A stretch of 64,000 bases of DNA from an uncultured delta proteobacterium (lineage in GTDB: Bacteria > Desulfobacterota > Desulfobacteria > Desulfobacterales > B30-G6). Shown piece by piece: positions 1-10,183 of this stretch; the stretch's first letter is position 1; the number at the start of each line of letters is the position of its first letter. Position numbers and translations under genes: made by a program. The notes under the pieces were generated by a model. It searched no databases. It was not told the origin of the DNA and saw only the letters and a program-made list of their open reading frames with translations. The stretch is taken from contig CAWGLD010000001.1 of assembly GCA_963823335.1 (NCBI GenBank), positions 448,001 through 512,000 on the forward strand, written 5' to 3'.

Positions 1-91
1 GCGTCATGGCATTGCGCTTTTCCGGACGGTTGAGGGTCAAGGTGAGGATACCGTCGTTTTCCTCGGTCAATAATTGATTCTGTTGGTCCAT
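1..91 (-). CDS. Enoyl-CoA hydratase/isomerase family protein, N-terminal part (runs off window)
   Basis: Manual translation from ATG at 91: MDQQNQLLTEENDGILTLTLNRPEKRNAMT, a typical crotonase-family N-terminus. Confidence 0.8.
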   Translation of the reverse strand, partial: MDQQNQLLTEENDGILTLTLNRPEKRNAMT

Positions 92-127
92 AGTTATCCC
101 CATATCCAGGAGGTACGAAAAAAGAAG

Positions 128-330
128 GAACATCGAACATCCAACGTCCAACATCGAATGTTGAATTGGATATCTGAAGAAACAGGCCTCGGCATTGAAA
201 TTTTCCCATTAAGGCTTGCTAACGAGAAGTCCTGAAGCTCAATAGGAGCCCTCAGGCTGAACCGCTAGGGGAATGGACACATTGTCTCACTTCAATGCTC
301 TTTTCATTCGATGTTCGATGTTGGACGTTC
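128..330. repeat. Pair of inverted heptamer-repeat tracts (AACATCG/AACGTCC type)
   Basis: gaacatcgaacatccaacgtccaacatcgaatg at ~128-160; the reverse complement of ~305-330 is gaacgtccaacatcgaacatcgaatg. Confidence 0.7.
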
Positions 331-370
331 ATCTTTAACGTATTATTTATATTTTTCTTTTATGGATACT

Positions 371-1426
371 TCATGAAACATCCGTACTGATGAGGTTCCA
401 GCCTGCATCTGAAAGAAATTGCACCAAAATACCGAAGCTTTGAGCATCGGCTGCGCTGGCGTTTCCGTCGAGACCACGTTTGTATACGCCCTGGACGATG
501 GCCGCAAGACGAAACATGCTGAAAGCCATGAAAAATGACCAGCTGGGAATATCCCTGCGTTGTATACGTTCGCAATAGGCCGCTGTATAAACATCCTCGG
601 TGGGGATCCCAGTTGCCTGAAAATCAACATCGGATATTCCAAAAGCATTACCGCCCATGGAAGGCAGGTAATAGCCCATGCAGTTGTAGGCCAGATCGGC
701 AAGAGGATGCCCCAGCGTGGAGAGCTCCCAGTCGAGAACTGCCACCACTTTAGACTCAGTCGGGTGAAGAATCATGTTTTCAAGCCGGAAATCGCCATGC
801 ACAATGGTAGTACGGTCGTCATCCGGTATGTTCTGTGGCAGCCATTCCATCAAATTATCCATGCTTTGGATGGGGTCTGTTTTGGATGCCATATATTGTT
901 TAGACCACTTGCCCACTTGTCTGGTCATGTAGTTGCCTGGCTTGCCATAGTTTCCCAAGCCCATGGCCTGCCAATCCACTTTGTGGATCCGGGTCAGCGT
1001 CTCGTTCATGGCATCGTAGATAGCGAAGCGTTTGCGACGCGTCATATCCGGAAGGGCCGGATTCCGAAAGATGCGGCCCTCCACGTGTTCCATGATGTAG
1101 AACGGGGTACCGATAATAGCAGCATCTTTACAGAGCAGAACCATCTTTGGCACCGGCACATCCGTCTTTTCCAGAGCCTTTAGGATGCGGTATTCGCGCT
1201 CTACGGCATGGGCCGACGGCAACAGGTTACCGGGTGGCTTTTTCCTGAGCACATAGGTCCTGTTGCGATCGCTCATAAGATAGGTCGGGTTGGATTGGCC
1301 AAAGCTGAACTGCTGAATCACAAGCTTGTCCGAAATATCCATTTTACCCTGAAGGTAGGATACCAGCGCCGGCATATCCAGTTTGTGAGCTTCCCTGACC
1401 TCTCTGATTTCGTCGGTTGGTTTCAT
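371..1426 (-). CDS. APH-like phosphotransferase (ACAD10/11 kinase domain / LvaA-like)
   Basis: GQSNPTY, LRKKPPG-LLPSAHAVEREY, HGDFRLEN, LDWELSTLGHPLADL; start placed at ATG 1426. Confidence 0.9.
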   Translation of the reverse strand: MKPTDEIREVREAHKLDMPALVSYLQGKMDISDKLVIQQFSFGQSNPTYLMSDRNRTYVLRKKPPGNLLPSAHAVEREYRILKALEKTDVPVPKMVLLCKDAAIIGTPFYIMEHVEGRIFRNPALPDMTRRKRFAIYDAMNETLTRIHKVDWQAMGLGNYGKPGNYMTRQVGKWSKQYMASKTDPIQSMDNLMEWLPQNIPDDDRTTIVHGDFRLENMILHPTESKVVAVLDWELSTLGHPLADLAYNCMGYYLPSMGGNAFGISDVDFQATGIPTEDVYTAAYCERIQRRDIPSWSFFMAFSMFRLAAIVQGVYKRGLDGNASAADAQSFGILVQFLSDAGWNLISTDVS

Positions 1427-1563
1427 GGTCAAATGATATATTCGCCCGGCTGCCTGCCTGTCAAGGGCAAACACTTCTCTTTATTGTTGACTTCGCGGTT
1501 CCAATCGGCATAAGGCTCAACATCTTTAAAGCGCAAGAAACGGGTTAATATCAGTCACTCATG

Positions 1564-1605
1564 AACAACGCAAGAAACACAACAAACACAAAGAACCCAA
1601 CAAAC
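1564..1605. repeat. Degenerate 9-nt tandem repeat
   Basis: aacaacgca agaaacaca acaaacaca aagaaccca acaaac. Confidence 0.5.
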
Positions 1606-1642
1606 AGTGGTTCCCTCGAACCCTTTATTTAAAGGAATAGCG

Positions 1643-3043
1643 ATGAACTTTTTTTTCAATCCCCAGGGTATTGCCATAATCGGCGCCACTGCCAACCCTC
1701 TCAAAGGCGGATACAACCTCCTGAAAAACATTGTCACCGGATACAAGGGGGGTATTTACCCTGTCAATCCGAAGTACAACGAAATCGAAGGTCATACCTG
1801 TTATGATTCAGTACAGAACGTCCCGGATCCGGTAGACCTGGCCATTGTCTTTGTACCGGCCCGGATCGCCGTGCAGGCGGTAAAAGACTGTGCCCAACGC
1901 GGCATCAAGGGTGTCATGATCCAATCAGCCGGTTTTGCCGAAACCGGCCCCATGGGTCAATCGCTCCAGGACGAACTGCTCAAGATCAGGGAAGAGACCG
2001 GCATAAGGCTCTGGGGGCCCAACTGTATGGGACTCGTGGATGCTGTGAATCGCCATGTGTTTTCCTTTGTTCTCCCCGGTATCTGGGATGACGGCATGAT
2101 GCCCGGTGATGTCTCTCTCATCGTCCAGAGCGGCATGCTCTCGGCCGGTTTTCTTATCGATACGGTATCCCACGGAACCATGGGCATCAGCAAAGCCTGT
2201 TCCATCGGCAACAAGACCGATGTGAACGAATGTGACCTCCTGGAATACCTTATTGCGGACCCGGACACCAAGGCTATCGGCGCTTACCTGGAGTCGATTA
2301 CTAACGGCAAACGCTTTCTTAAGGCCTGCAGAAGTACTAACAAACCCATTGTCATTCTCAAGGGGGGCAAGAGTGAAAAAGGGGCCAGGGCTGCCATGAG
2401 CCACACATCCAGTTTGGCTGGAGATGCCGCTGTTATTAGCGGTGCCCTGGCCCAGGCCCATGTGACCGAGGCCAACGATTTTCAGCAGATGCTGGATCTC
2501 TGCCGAACCCGGGCCATGTATGCACACCTAAAAAAGCCTGGTAAGGGGCGTACTGCTATCTTGACCTACAGCGGTGGCGCCGGGATCGTATCCGCGGACT
2601 TCATGGATCAGATGGGGCTGGAACTGGCGGACCTCTCCCCCAAAACATTTCAAAAACTTGGGGAGATCTTTCCAGAATGGATGCCACCATCGAACCCGGT
2701 GGATATGTGGCCGGCCATTGAAAAAAATGGCGCGGAAAAGGTCTACGAAACCGCTTTCGAGGCTGTTTTTTGCGATCCGAATGTCGATGCTGTTCTTTTC
2801 CACGTCTTTATCGGTGGCATCATCGCCACCCTGGACATCTCTCCTCTGGTGGACATCGCCCGCAAACATGACAAACCGCTTTTTGTGTGGTTGCTCGGAA
2901 AACGCGAGGAAGCTCTCAAATTTCAGCTGCACGTTCAGAACCTGGGTGTTCCCGTCTACCGGGAACTTCGCCGTGCCGTGGAATGCATGTCAGCTCTATT
3001 TGCGGGGTACCCCACAAATAGAACTGACAGCCATAAGCTCTAA
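1643..3043 (+). CDS. Acyl-CoA synthetase (NDP-forming) alpha subunit / CoA-binding protein
   Basis: IAIIGAT, YPVNP, GPNCMG, QSG, phospho-His motif AAMSHTSSLAG, NPVD; AAGGA SD before ATG 1643; no ATP-grasp domain seen. Confidence 0.9.
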   Translation: MNFFFNPQGIAIIGATANPLKGGYNLLKNIVTGYKGGIYPVNPKYNEIEGHTCYDSVQNVPDPVDLAIVFVPARIAVQAVKDCAQRGIKGVMIQSAGFAETGPMGQSLQDELLKIREETGIRLWGPNCMGLVDAVNRHVFSFVLPGIWDDGMMPGDVSLIVQSGMLSAGFLIDTVSHGTMGISKACSIGNKTDVNECDLLEYLIADPDTKAIGAYLESITNGKRFLKACRSTNKPIVILKGGKSEKGARAAMSHTSSLAGDAAVISGALAQAHVTEANDFQQMLDLCRTRAMYAHLKKPGKGRTAILTYSGGAGIVSADFMDQMGLELADLSPKTFQKLGEIFPEWMPPSNPVDMWPAIEKNGAEKVYETAFEAVFCDPNVDAVLFHVFIGGIIATLDISPLVDIARKHDKPLFVWLLGKREEALKFQLHVQNLGVPVYRELRRAVECMSALFAGYPTNRTDSHKL

Positions 3044-3044
3044 G

Positions 3045-3180
3045 CATTTACTGGTGGTCGATTACACAGATTTCAGGGAAACACCATTTTATGTCCGGCA
3101 AACCATTCGCATGATTGAGTTCATGGCCGGTCGCCGGCATTTTGGCAACTTTCGCACATATCATCGTACCGGTGAATTGA
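3045..3180 (+). pseudogene. Internal fragment of a class I SAM methyltransferase, homologous to 43402-43537
   Basis: Encodes HLLVVDYTDFRETPFYVRQTIRMIEFMAGRRHFGNFRTYHRTGEL; by hand 36/45 aa and 106/136 nt identical to the gene at 43018-43656; no start codon of its own. Confidence 0.9.
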
Positions 3181-3182
3181 TT

Positions 3183-5105
3183 TTAAATCTTCAGGGCTGC
3201 TTCTTCTGCTTCAAAGACAGCTTCCATTGCATCCCTCGGAACCCTGGCATCACCAATCACCTGCAGGTTTTGACAATACGTTTTTATTTGCCGAACCATT
3301 TCAGCATTAGATTTTGAGCCAACCGAGGAAACAATTTGATCAAAACAATCCAACTCCCCGGGACCGTCGGGGCCTTCGGTCAACAGGCATTCATTTTTGA
3401 AGCAAACAGCTTTCGTAGAAGTTAATATGGAGACACCCTGATCTGAAAGCTTCTGTGTTAGAAAGGATCGAATGGCAGGATGCATATCGATTCCGATGCC
3501 TTCTCTCAACTCCATAATGGTAACGTTTTTTCCCTTCTCCGACAGGTAATCAGCTATCTCAACACCGGTATCGCCACCACCCAAGACCAAGATATCCTGT
3601 GCCACCTCAACTTCATTGTTGAGAATCTGATCGTCTGTTATAACATCGGCTCCCTGGCAGAAATCGGGTATGATCGTTCTGGCCCCCGTGGCCAAAATAA
3701 CAGCGTCCGGGGACTCTTTCTGAAGTAAATTAGGATCAAAGGGCTTTCCCTTGTTGACCGTCACATCCAATTTCTCTATCTGCGAACTCAGATAGTCCGT
3801 GAATTCCTGCAGACATTTTTTCCCGGGAGGCAAAGCAGCCAAACGAAACCGTCCCCCCAGCGTGTTCTGTTTCTCAAATAGTGTCACTGCATGCCCGCGA
3901 AGGGCTGCAACCTGAGCCGCTTTCATGCCGGCTGGCCCGGCCCCGATAATCCAGACATTTTTTGGATGCGCAACCTTATTTTCAATCTTCAGCCAGGTTT
4001 CCCGACTCACTTCCGGATTAACCGTACAGCGCAGGCTACCGACTTTGACGAGACTTAACGAACACCGGTTGCATGAAATACAGGGGACTATCTTTTCAAA
4101 TTGCCCCGCCCTGGCTTTGTTTGGCATGTGCGGGTCGGCAATCAGGGCCCGTCCCATGGACACCAGATCTGCTTTCCCACTGGCGATAATCTCTTCAGCC
4201 ATCTTGGGGTTGCGAATTCTACCGACAGTAATTACCGGGATGTCAACAACGGACTTGATACCCGCAGCCAGGTGCACAAATGTTCCTTCTTGCATGTAAT
4301 AATGGGGAATCATGGGAAATGGCGATGAAGACATGCAGGCGGAGACATGGATGACATCGGCCCCGTTTTTCTCCAGGGCCTGGGCAACCTGCTGAGTGTC
4401 AGCCAGCCCCAGTCCACCATCCAGGTACTCATCACCGCTGATACGGCAACTGATGGGAAAATCTTTTCCCACCGTCTTTCGAACCGCCCGCAATGTTTCC
4501 AGAGGCACTTTCATCCTGTTCTCAAAGCTACCGCCAAATTCATCATCACGCTTGTTAACAACAGGGGAAAGAAATTGATTGAGCAGGTACCCATGGGCCA
4601 TGTGGATCTCTACACCGTCAGCTCCCGCGGTCTTCACACGCCCGGCAGCTTTGGCGAAAGCCGCGATCAGCTCCTGAATTTCCATGACCGTCAGGGCTCT
4701 GGGCGTTTCTTCACGCAAGGGGCAGCGCACGGCTGAAGCAGACACGATAGGGAGCCCCGTTGTCTGGGAGGCTGTTTGGCGCCCGGCATGATTGATCTGG
4801 ATAAAAACCTTTCCATCTTCGGCGTGAATGGCATTCACGAGTTTGCGAAAGCCCGGTACGTGATCATCCGTACTTATCATCAGCATGGTGGGAAAGGCCC
4901 GGCCATCGATGCGAACGGCCGTGTGCTCGATGGTAAGATAGCCGGCCCCGCCGCGGGCACGCTCCAGATAATAGGCAATAACATCATCGGTAACATGCCC
5001 ATCGCCGTCACCAAAATTGGTTGCCATGGGCGGCAGAACAATGCGGTTATCGATTACCAGCTGGTTGATCTTTATGGGGCTGAAAAGATTAGGCAAAGAA
5101 TTCAT
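3183..5105 (-). CDS. NADH:flavin oxidoreductase (OYE-like FMN barrel + Fe-S + FAD/NAD domains; FadH/BaiCD-like)
   Basis: NRIVLPPM, EIHMAHGYLLNQFLSP, CISCNRC-x11-C, GAGPAG. Confidence 0.92.
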   Translation of the reverse strand: MNSLPNLFSPIKINQLVIDNRIVLPPMATNFGDGDGHVTDDVIAYYLERARGGAGYLTIEHTAVRIDGRAFPTMLMISTDDHVPGFRKLVNAIHAEDGKVFIQINHAGRQTASQTTGLPIVSASAVRCPLREETPRALTVMEIQELIAAFAKAAGRVKTAGADGVEIHMAHGYLLNQFLSPVVNKRDDEFGGSFENRMKVPLETLRAVRKTVGKDFPISCRISGDEYLDGGLGLADTQQVAQALEKNGADVIHVSACMSSSPFPMIPHYYMQEGTFVHLAAGIKSVVDIPVITVGRIRNPKMAEEIIASGKADLVSMGRALIADPHMPNKARAGQFEKIVPCISCNRCSLSLVKVGSLRCTVNPEVSRETWLKIENKVAHPKNVWIIGAGPAGMKAAQVAALRGHAVTLFEKQNTLGGRFRLAALPPGKKCLQEFTDYLSSQIEKLDVTVNKGKPFDPNLLQKESPDAVILATGARTIIPDFCQGADVITDDQILNNEVEVAQDILVLGGGDTGVEIADYLSEKGKNVTIMELREGIGIDMHPAIRSFLTQKLSDQGVSILTSTKAVCFKNECLLTEGPDGPGELDCFDQIVSSVGSKSNAEMVRQIKTYCQNLQVIGDARVPRDAMEAVFEAEEAALKI

Positions 5106-6223
5106 GAATCGTTTCCTCCATCCTTAGACTTTAAAAATTGTTCACCCAGTATATCACGATCATATCCCAGAAAAACAGTCTCGCCCGGCATCAGTTTATA
5201 AAATCCGATTTCAGGGTTCATGCGATCGCCATATGGGTCAAACGTTATCTGCCCGGTGATTCCAGGAAAGTTTTTTGTTTTGGTGACCATCGACAAAACC
5301 GACTGCCGCGTCAGCTGTTTAGCGCTTGCCATGGCATGTATCATCACATTGGCGGCATCATAGGCTTCGGCCGAGTAAACCGAATATGTCTGTCCATATC
5401 GATCCTCGAATGCCTTTTTAAACACATGTGCGGAGGCTTTCACATCAAGATCCGTACTGGCATTGGAATAGTAGGGTCCCTTTACAACAGATTGACGTGT
5501 CTCCAGATAGCGTGATGATTTGAGCCCGTCTGTGCCGAAAAAAATCGAGCGGACGCCGGCGGAACGTAGCTGGGGTGCAAGTTGTAGCCCCTCTTCTTCG
5601 ATGACCCCGAAAAAAATAAGGTCAGGCTGACAGGAGGCCATTTCATCTGCCACATCGGTAAAGTCATGTTGACCCCGCTGAATCTCCTTAGAAGATATGA
5701 TCTCGGCACCCAAAATCTCGGCCCGTTTCATAAAAACCTCAGATAGTGGTTTTCCAAATGAGGATCCATCGTGAATGACACCGATTTTATTTTTTTTCAG
5801 ATGGGACACGACGAATTCAGCGGCACGGGCACCTTGAAAGCTATCGTGACCAACAACCCGGAAAAATGAACGGTATCCCAAACGGGTCAGCTGCGGATTG
5901 GACGCCGCCGGGGAAATATGGACAAGATCGGCTCTTTGGTACAGGGGGGCCGCGGCAAAAACAGCATTGCTGTTCATTGGCCCCACGACACCCAAAAGTT
6001 TATCATCGCAAATAAAGCGACGAGCGATGTCAGCTGCTGCCCCACGCTCGTCACGGTCGTTTCCTACTACCAGTTCCAGACCACCCCTTATAAGCCCTTT
6101 TGTGTTGGCCTGCTCAACAGCAATTGACACGGCCTGAACGATCGCCCGTCCATGAATTTCTTCATGTCCGCTAAGAACAACCGAGCAACCTATTTTTACC
6201 GGGTCATTTATCATGCGTTTCAT
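5102..6223 (-). CDS. LivK/LivJ-like branched-chain amino-acid binding protein, no evident signal peptide
   Basis: VVGPMNS, HISPAASNPQLT, FFRVVGHDSFQG, AYDAA, FPGITGQITFD. Confidence 0.85.
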   Translation of the reverse strand: MKRMINDPVKIGCSVVLSGHEEIHGRAIVQAVSIAVEQANTKGLIRGGLELVVGNDRDERGAAADIARRFICDDKLLGVVGPMNSNAVFAAAPLYQRADLVHISPAASNPQLTRLGYRSFFRVVGHDSFQGARAAEFVVSHLKKNKIGVIHDGSSFGKPLSEVFMKRAEILGAEIISSKEIQRGQHDFTDVADEMASCQPDLIFFGVIEEEGLQLAPQLRSAGVRSIFFGTDGLKSSRYLETRQSVVKGPYYSNASTDLDVKASAHVFKKAFEDRYGQTYSVYSAEAYDAANVMIHAMASAKQLTRQSVLSMVTKTKNFPGITGQITFDPYGDRMNPEIGFYKLMPGETVFLGYDRDILGEQFLKSKDGGNDS

Positions 6224-6250
6224 TTCGCTTCATCAAATCTAAAAAGGAGC

Positions 6251-6394
6251 ATTGAAGAACCTCGCAGCAAGCTACGAGGAATCTTCGACCGTAAGGAATT
6301 CTGTCTAATTTAGATGCGCTCGCTAACCCCGCAGCATGCGAAGCACTGCCGAACGGCAGAACCTACAGGGAATGCGCTCGCTGTTGCGGTTCAG
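6251..6394 (+). repeat. REP/MITE-like element family A, long copy
   Basis: ttgaagaacctcgcagcaag...gggaatgcgctcgctgttgcggttca; related copies at 28101, 30825 and 43626 (reverse). Confidence 0.8.
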
Positions 6395-6420
6395 ACGATT
6401 CCAGCCCTTCCCAACAATTC

Positions 6421-7182
6421 TTACCAAATGGAAAAGCCACCTTCGACCTTGATGACTTGTCCGGTGATAAACGATGAATCGTCTGATGCTAAAAACAGGG
6501 CCACACGCGCAATCTCAGACGGCTGTGCAAATCGTTTCATGGGGTATCGATCCGTAAAGAATTTCATCCGTTCCGCCGGATCCTCACAACTGGCAAAAAA
6601 ATTTTCGGCCATCGGTGTCATAACATCACCCGGCGAAATGCAATTAGCCCGAACATCATACTGAGCATAATCATAGGCGATTTGGCGTGTCAGTGCTACG
6701 ATGCCCCCCTTTGACGCAGAGTAAGCAGCCTGATTGGGAGAGGCAACATGTGCCAGAATGGATGCCGTATTGACAATGATGCCGCCACCATCTTCCATCA
6801 TGATAGGAAGACAGAATTTACAGCCCCAGAAAATACCTTTCAAGTTGATATTCAGGGTCCGATCCCATTCCTCCTCGGTTGTTTCCACAACAGACTTGGC
6901 AATATCGATGCCGGCATTGTTGAAAAGAATATCAATCTTACCGTATTCATGGATAGTCCGTGCAACCATGGCCTCCACATCGCTACCCTTGGAAACATCG
7001 GTTTTCACAGAAATGGCTTTATGGCCTTTTTCCCGTATCAATTCAACCGTCTCTTCGGCAGGCCCACTTTCAATATCCACCACCACCACGGACGCGCCTT
7101 CCGCGGCAAACAGAAGCGCCGTGGTTCTGCCAATTCCGGATCCGGAACCGGTGATAATCGCTACCTTGTTTTTTAGCTTCAT
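6421..7182 (-). CDS. Short-chain dehydrogenase/reductase
   Basis: TGSGSGIG, NNAG, YSASK; start at ATG 7182 (MKLKNK). Confidence 0.92.
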   Translation of the reverse strand: MKLKNKVAIITGSGSGIGRTTALLFAAEGASVVVVDIESGPAEETVELIREKGHKAISVKTDVSKGSDVEAMVARTIHEYGKIDILFNNAGIDIAKSVVETTEEEWDRTLNINLKGIFWGCKFCLPIMMEDGGGIIVNTASILAHVASPNQAAYSASKGGIVALTRQIAYDYAQYDVRANCISPGDVMTPMAENFFASCEDPAERMKFFTDRYPMKRFAQPSEIARVALFLASDDSSFITGQVIKVEGGFSIW

Positions 7183-7444
7183 AACCACGCTCCTGACAAA
7201 GAAAATATTATATGTCAGACGGCCGGGGCATCCTATCACATTTTATTAAATAACGTTCCGGTTGCCCTGAAAAAGGCTTCCATCTTTTTCTAAAAGGACA
7301 TATCAAACCAAGCTTTGGCTTGTGCCCACAGGATGGGTGATGGAACAGGGACGTTGGTAAACGGCGATATGGACGTGCAAGTACCGTCTAACGATCGGGG
7401 GAAATTGACGATCACTTTTTGGCAAGAAACAGTGAAATGAATCA

Positions 7445-7476
7445 AGACCGGGCCGGCCTTTCGAACAGCCCGGTCT
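7445..7476 (-). terminator. Putative terminator hairpin after the binding-protein genes
   Basis: AGACCGGGC...GCCCGGTCT 9-bp stem just past the stop at 7495; weak U-tract. Confidence 0.45.
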
Positions 7477-7494
7477 CGATTCTACAAGATTTCG

Positions 7495-8308
7495 TTAATA
7501 GTTTTTTTCACCGCGGATGAAGGCGCCAATCCATTTGTCTTCCAGCGCATCCAGGGTCCCTGCGGCACGATAGTAATCGACCCAGTTAATGACCCAGATC
7601 CACAAGTCCAGATCTTGTTTACGCATGGCCGCATGACCATATTCCTGAGATACAACGATGCTCTTACCGCTGCCATCGGTCATGATCTTGGTGGTTTCCG
7701 CATGCTTGCGCGTGTAGGGCGATGCCATGTACATATCCGTCAGACAAGCGTCCGCCCGTCCTGACTCAACTTCCATAAAGGCCGCCTGCTGATCCGGCAA
7801 AGATCGAACCTGGGCTTTTTGAAAGATCATTTTGGCGGCTTTTTCCGAGGTGGAACCCAGCAAACAGGTGATGGTCCTGTCGGGTGTGTCAATCTCCTTC
7901 AATGAGGTCAGGTTGTTGTTCTTCTGCACGATCAGGACCACATCCGTCTTTTCGAGACGGGGGCTGAAGTTGACGGCCAATGCCCTTTCCGGCGTATTGG
8001 TGTGTCCTGCCCACAGAATATCGACTTTTCCAGACAAAAGCGCCGGAATAAGCGCATCCCATTTCATATCCACGAACACCGGTTTGACGTTCAAGTCCTT
8101 GGCAACCATGGTCGCCACGTCCACGTCGAATCCAATGGGGTTGCCACTTTTATCACGAAATTGCACGGGTGGATATTCAAGTGCTACACCGATTCTGAGC
8201 TCGCCACTTTTCTTAATGTCTTCGAGCGCTCCGGCAAATCCATTACTCCGGAAGAGAAAAAACAAAAACAGCCGATAATACTATTAGAACACTAAACAAT
8301 TTTTTCAT
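7495..8308 (-). pseudogene. Polar amino-acid ABC substrate-binding protein, frameshifted after the signal peptide
   Basis: GGAGG SD + ATG 8308 gives MKKLFSVLIVLSAVFVFSLPE*. The mature domain (GELRIG, GFDVD, WDALIPALLSGKVD, TPERA) is in another frame (ORF 7495-8265), and the shift lies in or next to a GT5GT6 tract. Confidence 0.75.
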
Positions 8309-8345
8309 GATTGGTGCGCCTCCTCGTTGGTTGAAAGATTCCAGG

Positions 8346-9152
8346 TTATTTCGACGTTTCAAAGAAAGTCGGGAGAATAATTTCATCATACATGGCATCC
8401 AGAATACCTCGGACGCGATAGTAGCGAATCCAGTTGTTCAGATACTGGAGAAAGCGATAATCTCCTGGCCGGACAGCATAGGTTCCCCATTCAGCTGAAA
8501 AGGGTTCCTCCGGATTTAAAATCTTGACCTTGGTGGGGTTGTTTGCAACCAAAGGCATACACAGGTATTCCTCGGCCACATGGGCGTCAGCCCGCCCGGA
8601 TGTCACTTCCATCATGGCCTCCTGCTGTTTAAAGCCCACAACTGTCGCATTAGGGAATTTACGTTTGGCGATATTTTCTGCCGTTGATCCCAGAAGCGCG
8701 GTAATTTTCATGCCCTTTTGATTTAAATCCGCTACTGTTTTTGCCTTACTGTTAATAGGTACTACCACCAACTGGCGATAAGGAACATACCCGTCCGAAA
8801 ATTCGAGAGATAGCGCTCTTTCAGGGGTGTTCACCAGCCCACAGGAAATCATATCGAGCTTGTTGGATAGAAGTGCTGGAATCAATCCATCAAATTCCAT
8901 GTCAACAACCTCCAATTTGACCTTCATATCGTCGGCCAGCATTTTCATCAGTTCAACATCGTATCCGGCAGGCTGACCTTGCTTGTCACGATACATTTGT
9001 GGGGGAAATTGTAAAACGGTTCCGATCTTGATAACGCCACGTTTCTTGATTTCGTCCAGCACAGATTCGGCACCTATCACCGAGACTGGAATCACCAGAG
9101 CGCTAACAACAATAGCCGCGACTGCAATTACAAACCATTTACTTTTCTTCAT
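8346..9152 (-). CDS. Polar amino-acid ABC substrate-binding protein (SBP_bac_3)
   Basis: Signal peptide, GYDVE, FDGLIPALLSNKLD, TPERA; paralog of the downstream gene. Confidence 0.92.
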   Translation of the reverse strand: MKKSKWFVIAVAAIVVSALVIPVSVIGAESVLDEIKKRGVIKIGTVLQFPPQMYRDKQGQPAGYDVELMKMLADDMKVKLEVVDMEFDGLIPALLSNKLDMISCGLVNTPERALSLEFSDGYVPYRQLVVVPINSKAKTVADLNQKGMKITALLGSTAENIAKRKFPNATVVGFKQQEAMMEVTSGRADAHVAEEYLCMPLVANNPTKVKILNPEEPFSAEWGTYAVRPGDYRFLQYLNNWIRYYRVRGILDAMYDEIILPTFFETSK

Positions 9153-9230
9153 AGTCTCCTCCTGTTCTTTGCCTGTAATACGGTTTTGCTAAATGATTTC
9201 TCTTCTTTCGTACGCCTCTCCTCTTTTTCG

Positions 9231-9887
9231 TTACTTCATCTTTGCTTCCAGCAATTTGACCAATTGGGAAAAACCCAATGTAAGACCGACATAAAGGAGC
9301 GCCGTCACGGTATAGAATTCAAACGGTCGGAAAGTGAGCGATGTGGCCATTTGAGACTGGCGCATGAGCTCGTTCACACCAATGATGGAGATCAGTGCTG
9401 AATCTTTCAGCATGCCGACAAACATATTGGCGGTCGGGGGGATGATTATTTTAAATGCCTGTGGAAAAATAATTTTTATAAAAGTTCTTGTGGACGAGAA
9501 ACCCAATGAATAGGAAGCTTCCCATTGTCCAACAGGTATGGCCTGAATGCCGGAGCGGTATATTTCAGCTAGGTAGCCACCATGCTGCATGGCCAGACAC
9601 ATAATACCAGCCACCAGAGGCCTGAAGTTGAGTCCGATCACCATGGCAAGCCCATAATAGAGCCAGATGATGAACACAAACAAGGGAATACCGCGAAAAA
9701 ATTCTATATAAGCCTGTCCAACCCAGGACAAAGCTTTTATCTTTGAAAGACGTAACAATGCGACGAGCAAACCGATGATAAGGGCAAAAAACATGGCAAC
9801 AATAGAGACGTACAGTGTCATCCCCAACCCTTTGGCAAGCCATGTCCAATAGGTTTCGAACACGTCAAAATGGAATTGATACTCCAA
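9231..9887 (-). CDS. Polar amino-acid ABC permease (HisM/GlnP family)
   Basis: YIEFFRGIP, AEIYRSGIQAIPVGQWEA, PQAFK, KDSAL; TTG start with GGAGG SD. Confidence 0.92.
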   Translation of the reverse strand: MEYQFHFDVFETYWTWLAKGLGMTLYVSIVAMFFALIIGLLVALLRLSKIKALSWVGQAYIEFFRGIPLFVFIIWLYYGLAMVIGLNFRPLVAGIMCLAMQHGGYLAEIYRSGIQAIPVGQWEASYSLGFSSTRTFIKIIFPQAFKIIIPPTANMFVGMLKDSALISIIGVNELMRQSQMATSLTFRPFEFYTVTALLYVGLTLGFSQLVKLLEAKMK

Positions 9888-10183
9888 ATTTTCCTCCCTT
9901 AAAACAATATAAACACCAAGGGATTGCCATTCATTATCTAGGCGCCCCTATCTTCAGAAGTTAACTAGTTTCTACCGAGAGCGAAAAATCACCATATATC
10001 GTCTCACTTACACCTGTCTCTCTGAACCTGTCAATCGATGGAGAGTCTGAACTGCCGTTTCGGATGGTGACCAATCATCCACCCAATCTATATTAAGTGT
10101 CAATAAAAATTTTGACCCTGAATACAATTTTATAAAGACTGTTCAAAACAATGCCGGGGACTGCTTTCATTACCGCATCCTGA

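Noticed and set aside
2574-3317. 247-aa plus-strand ORF as a real gene
   Set aside because: Overlaps two real genes; only 3045-3180 is meaningful, as a methyltransferase fragment
7240-7440. Possible small gene or RNA in the intergenic gap
   Set aside because: No convincing ORF, motif or structure found by eye
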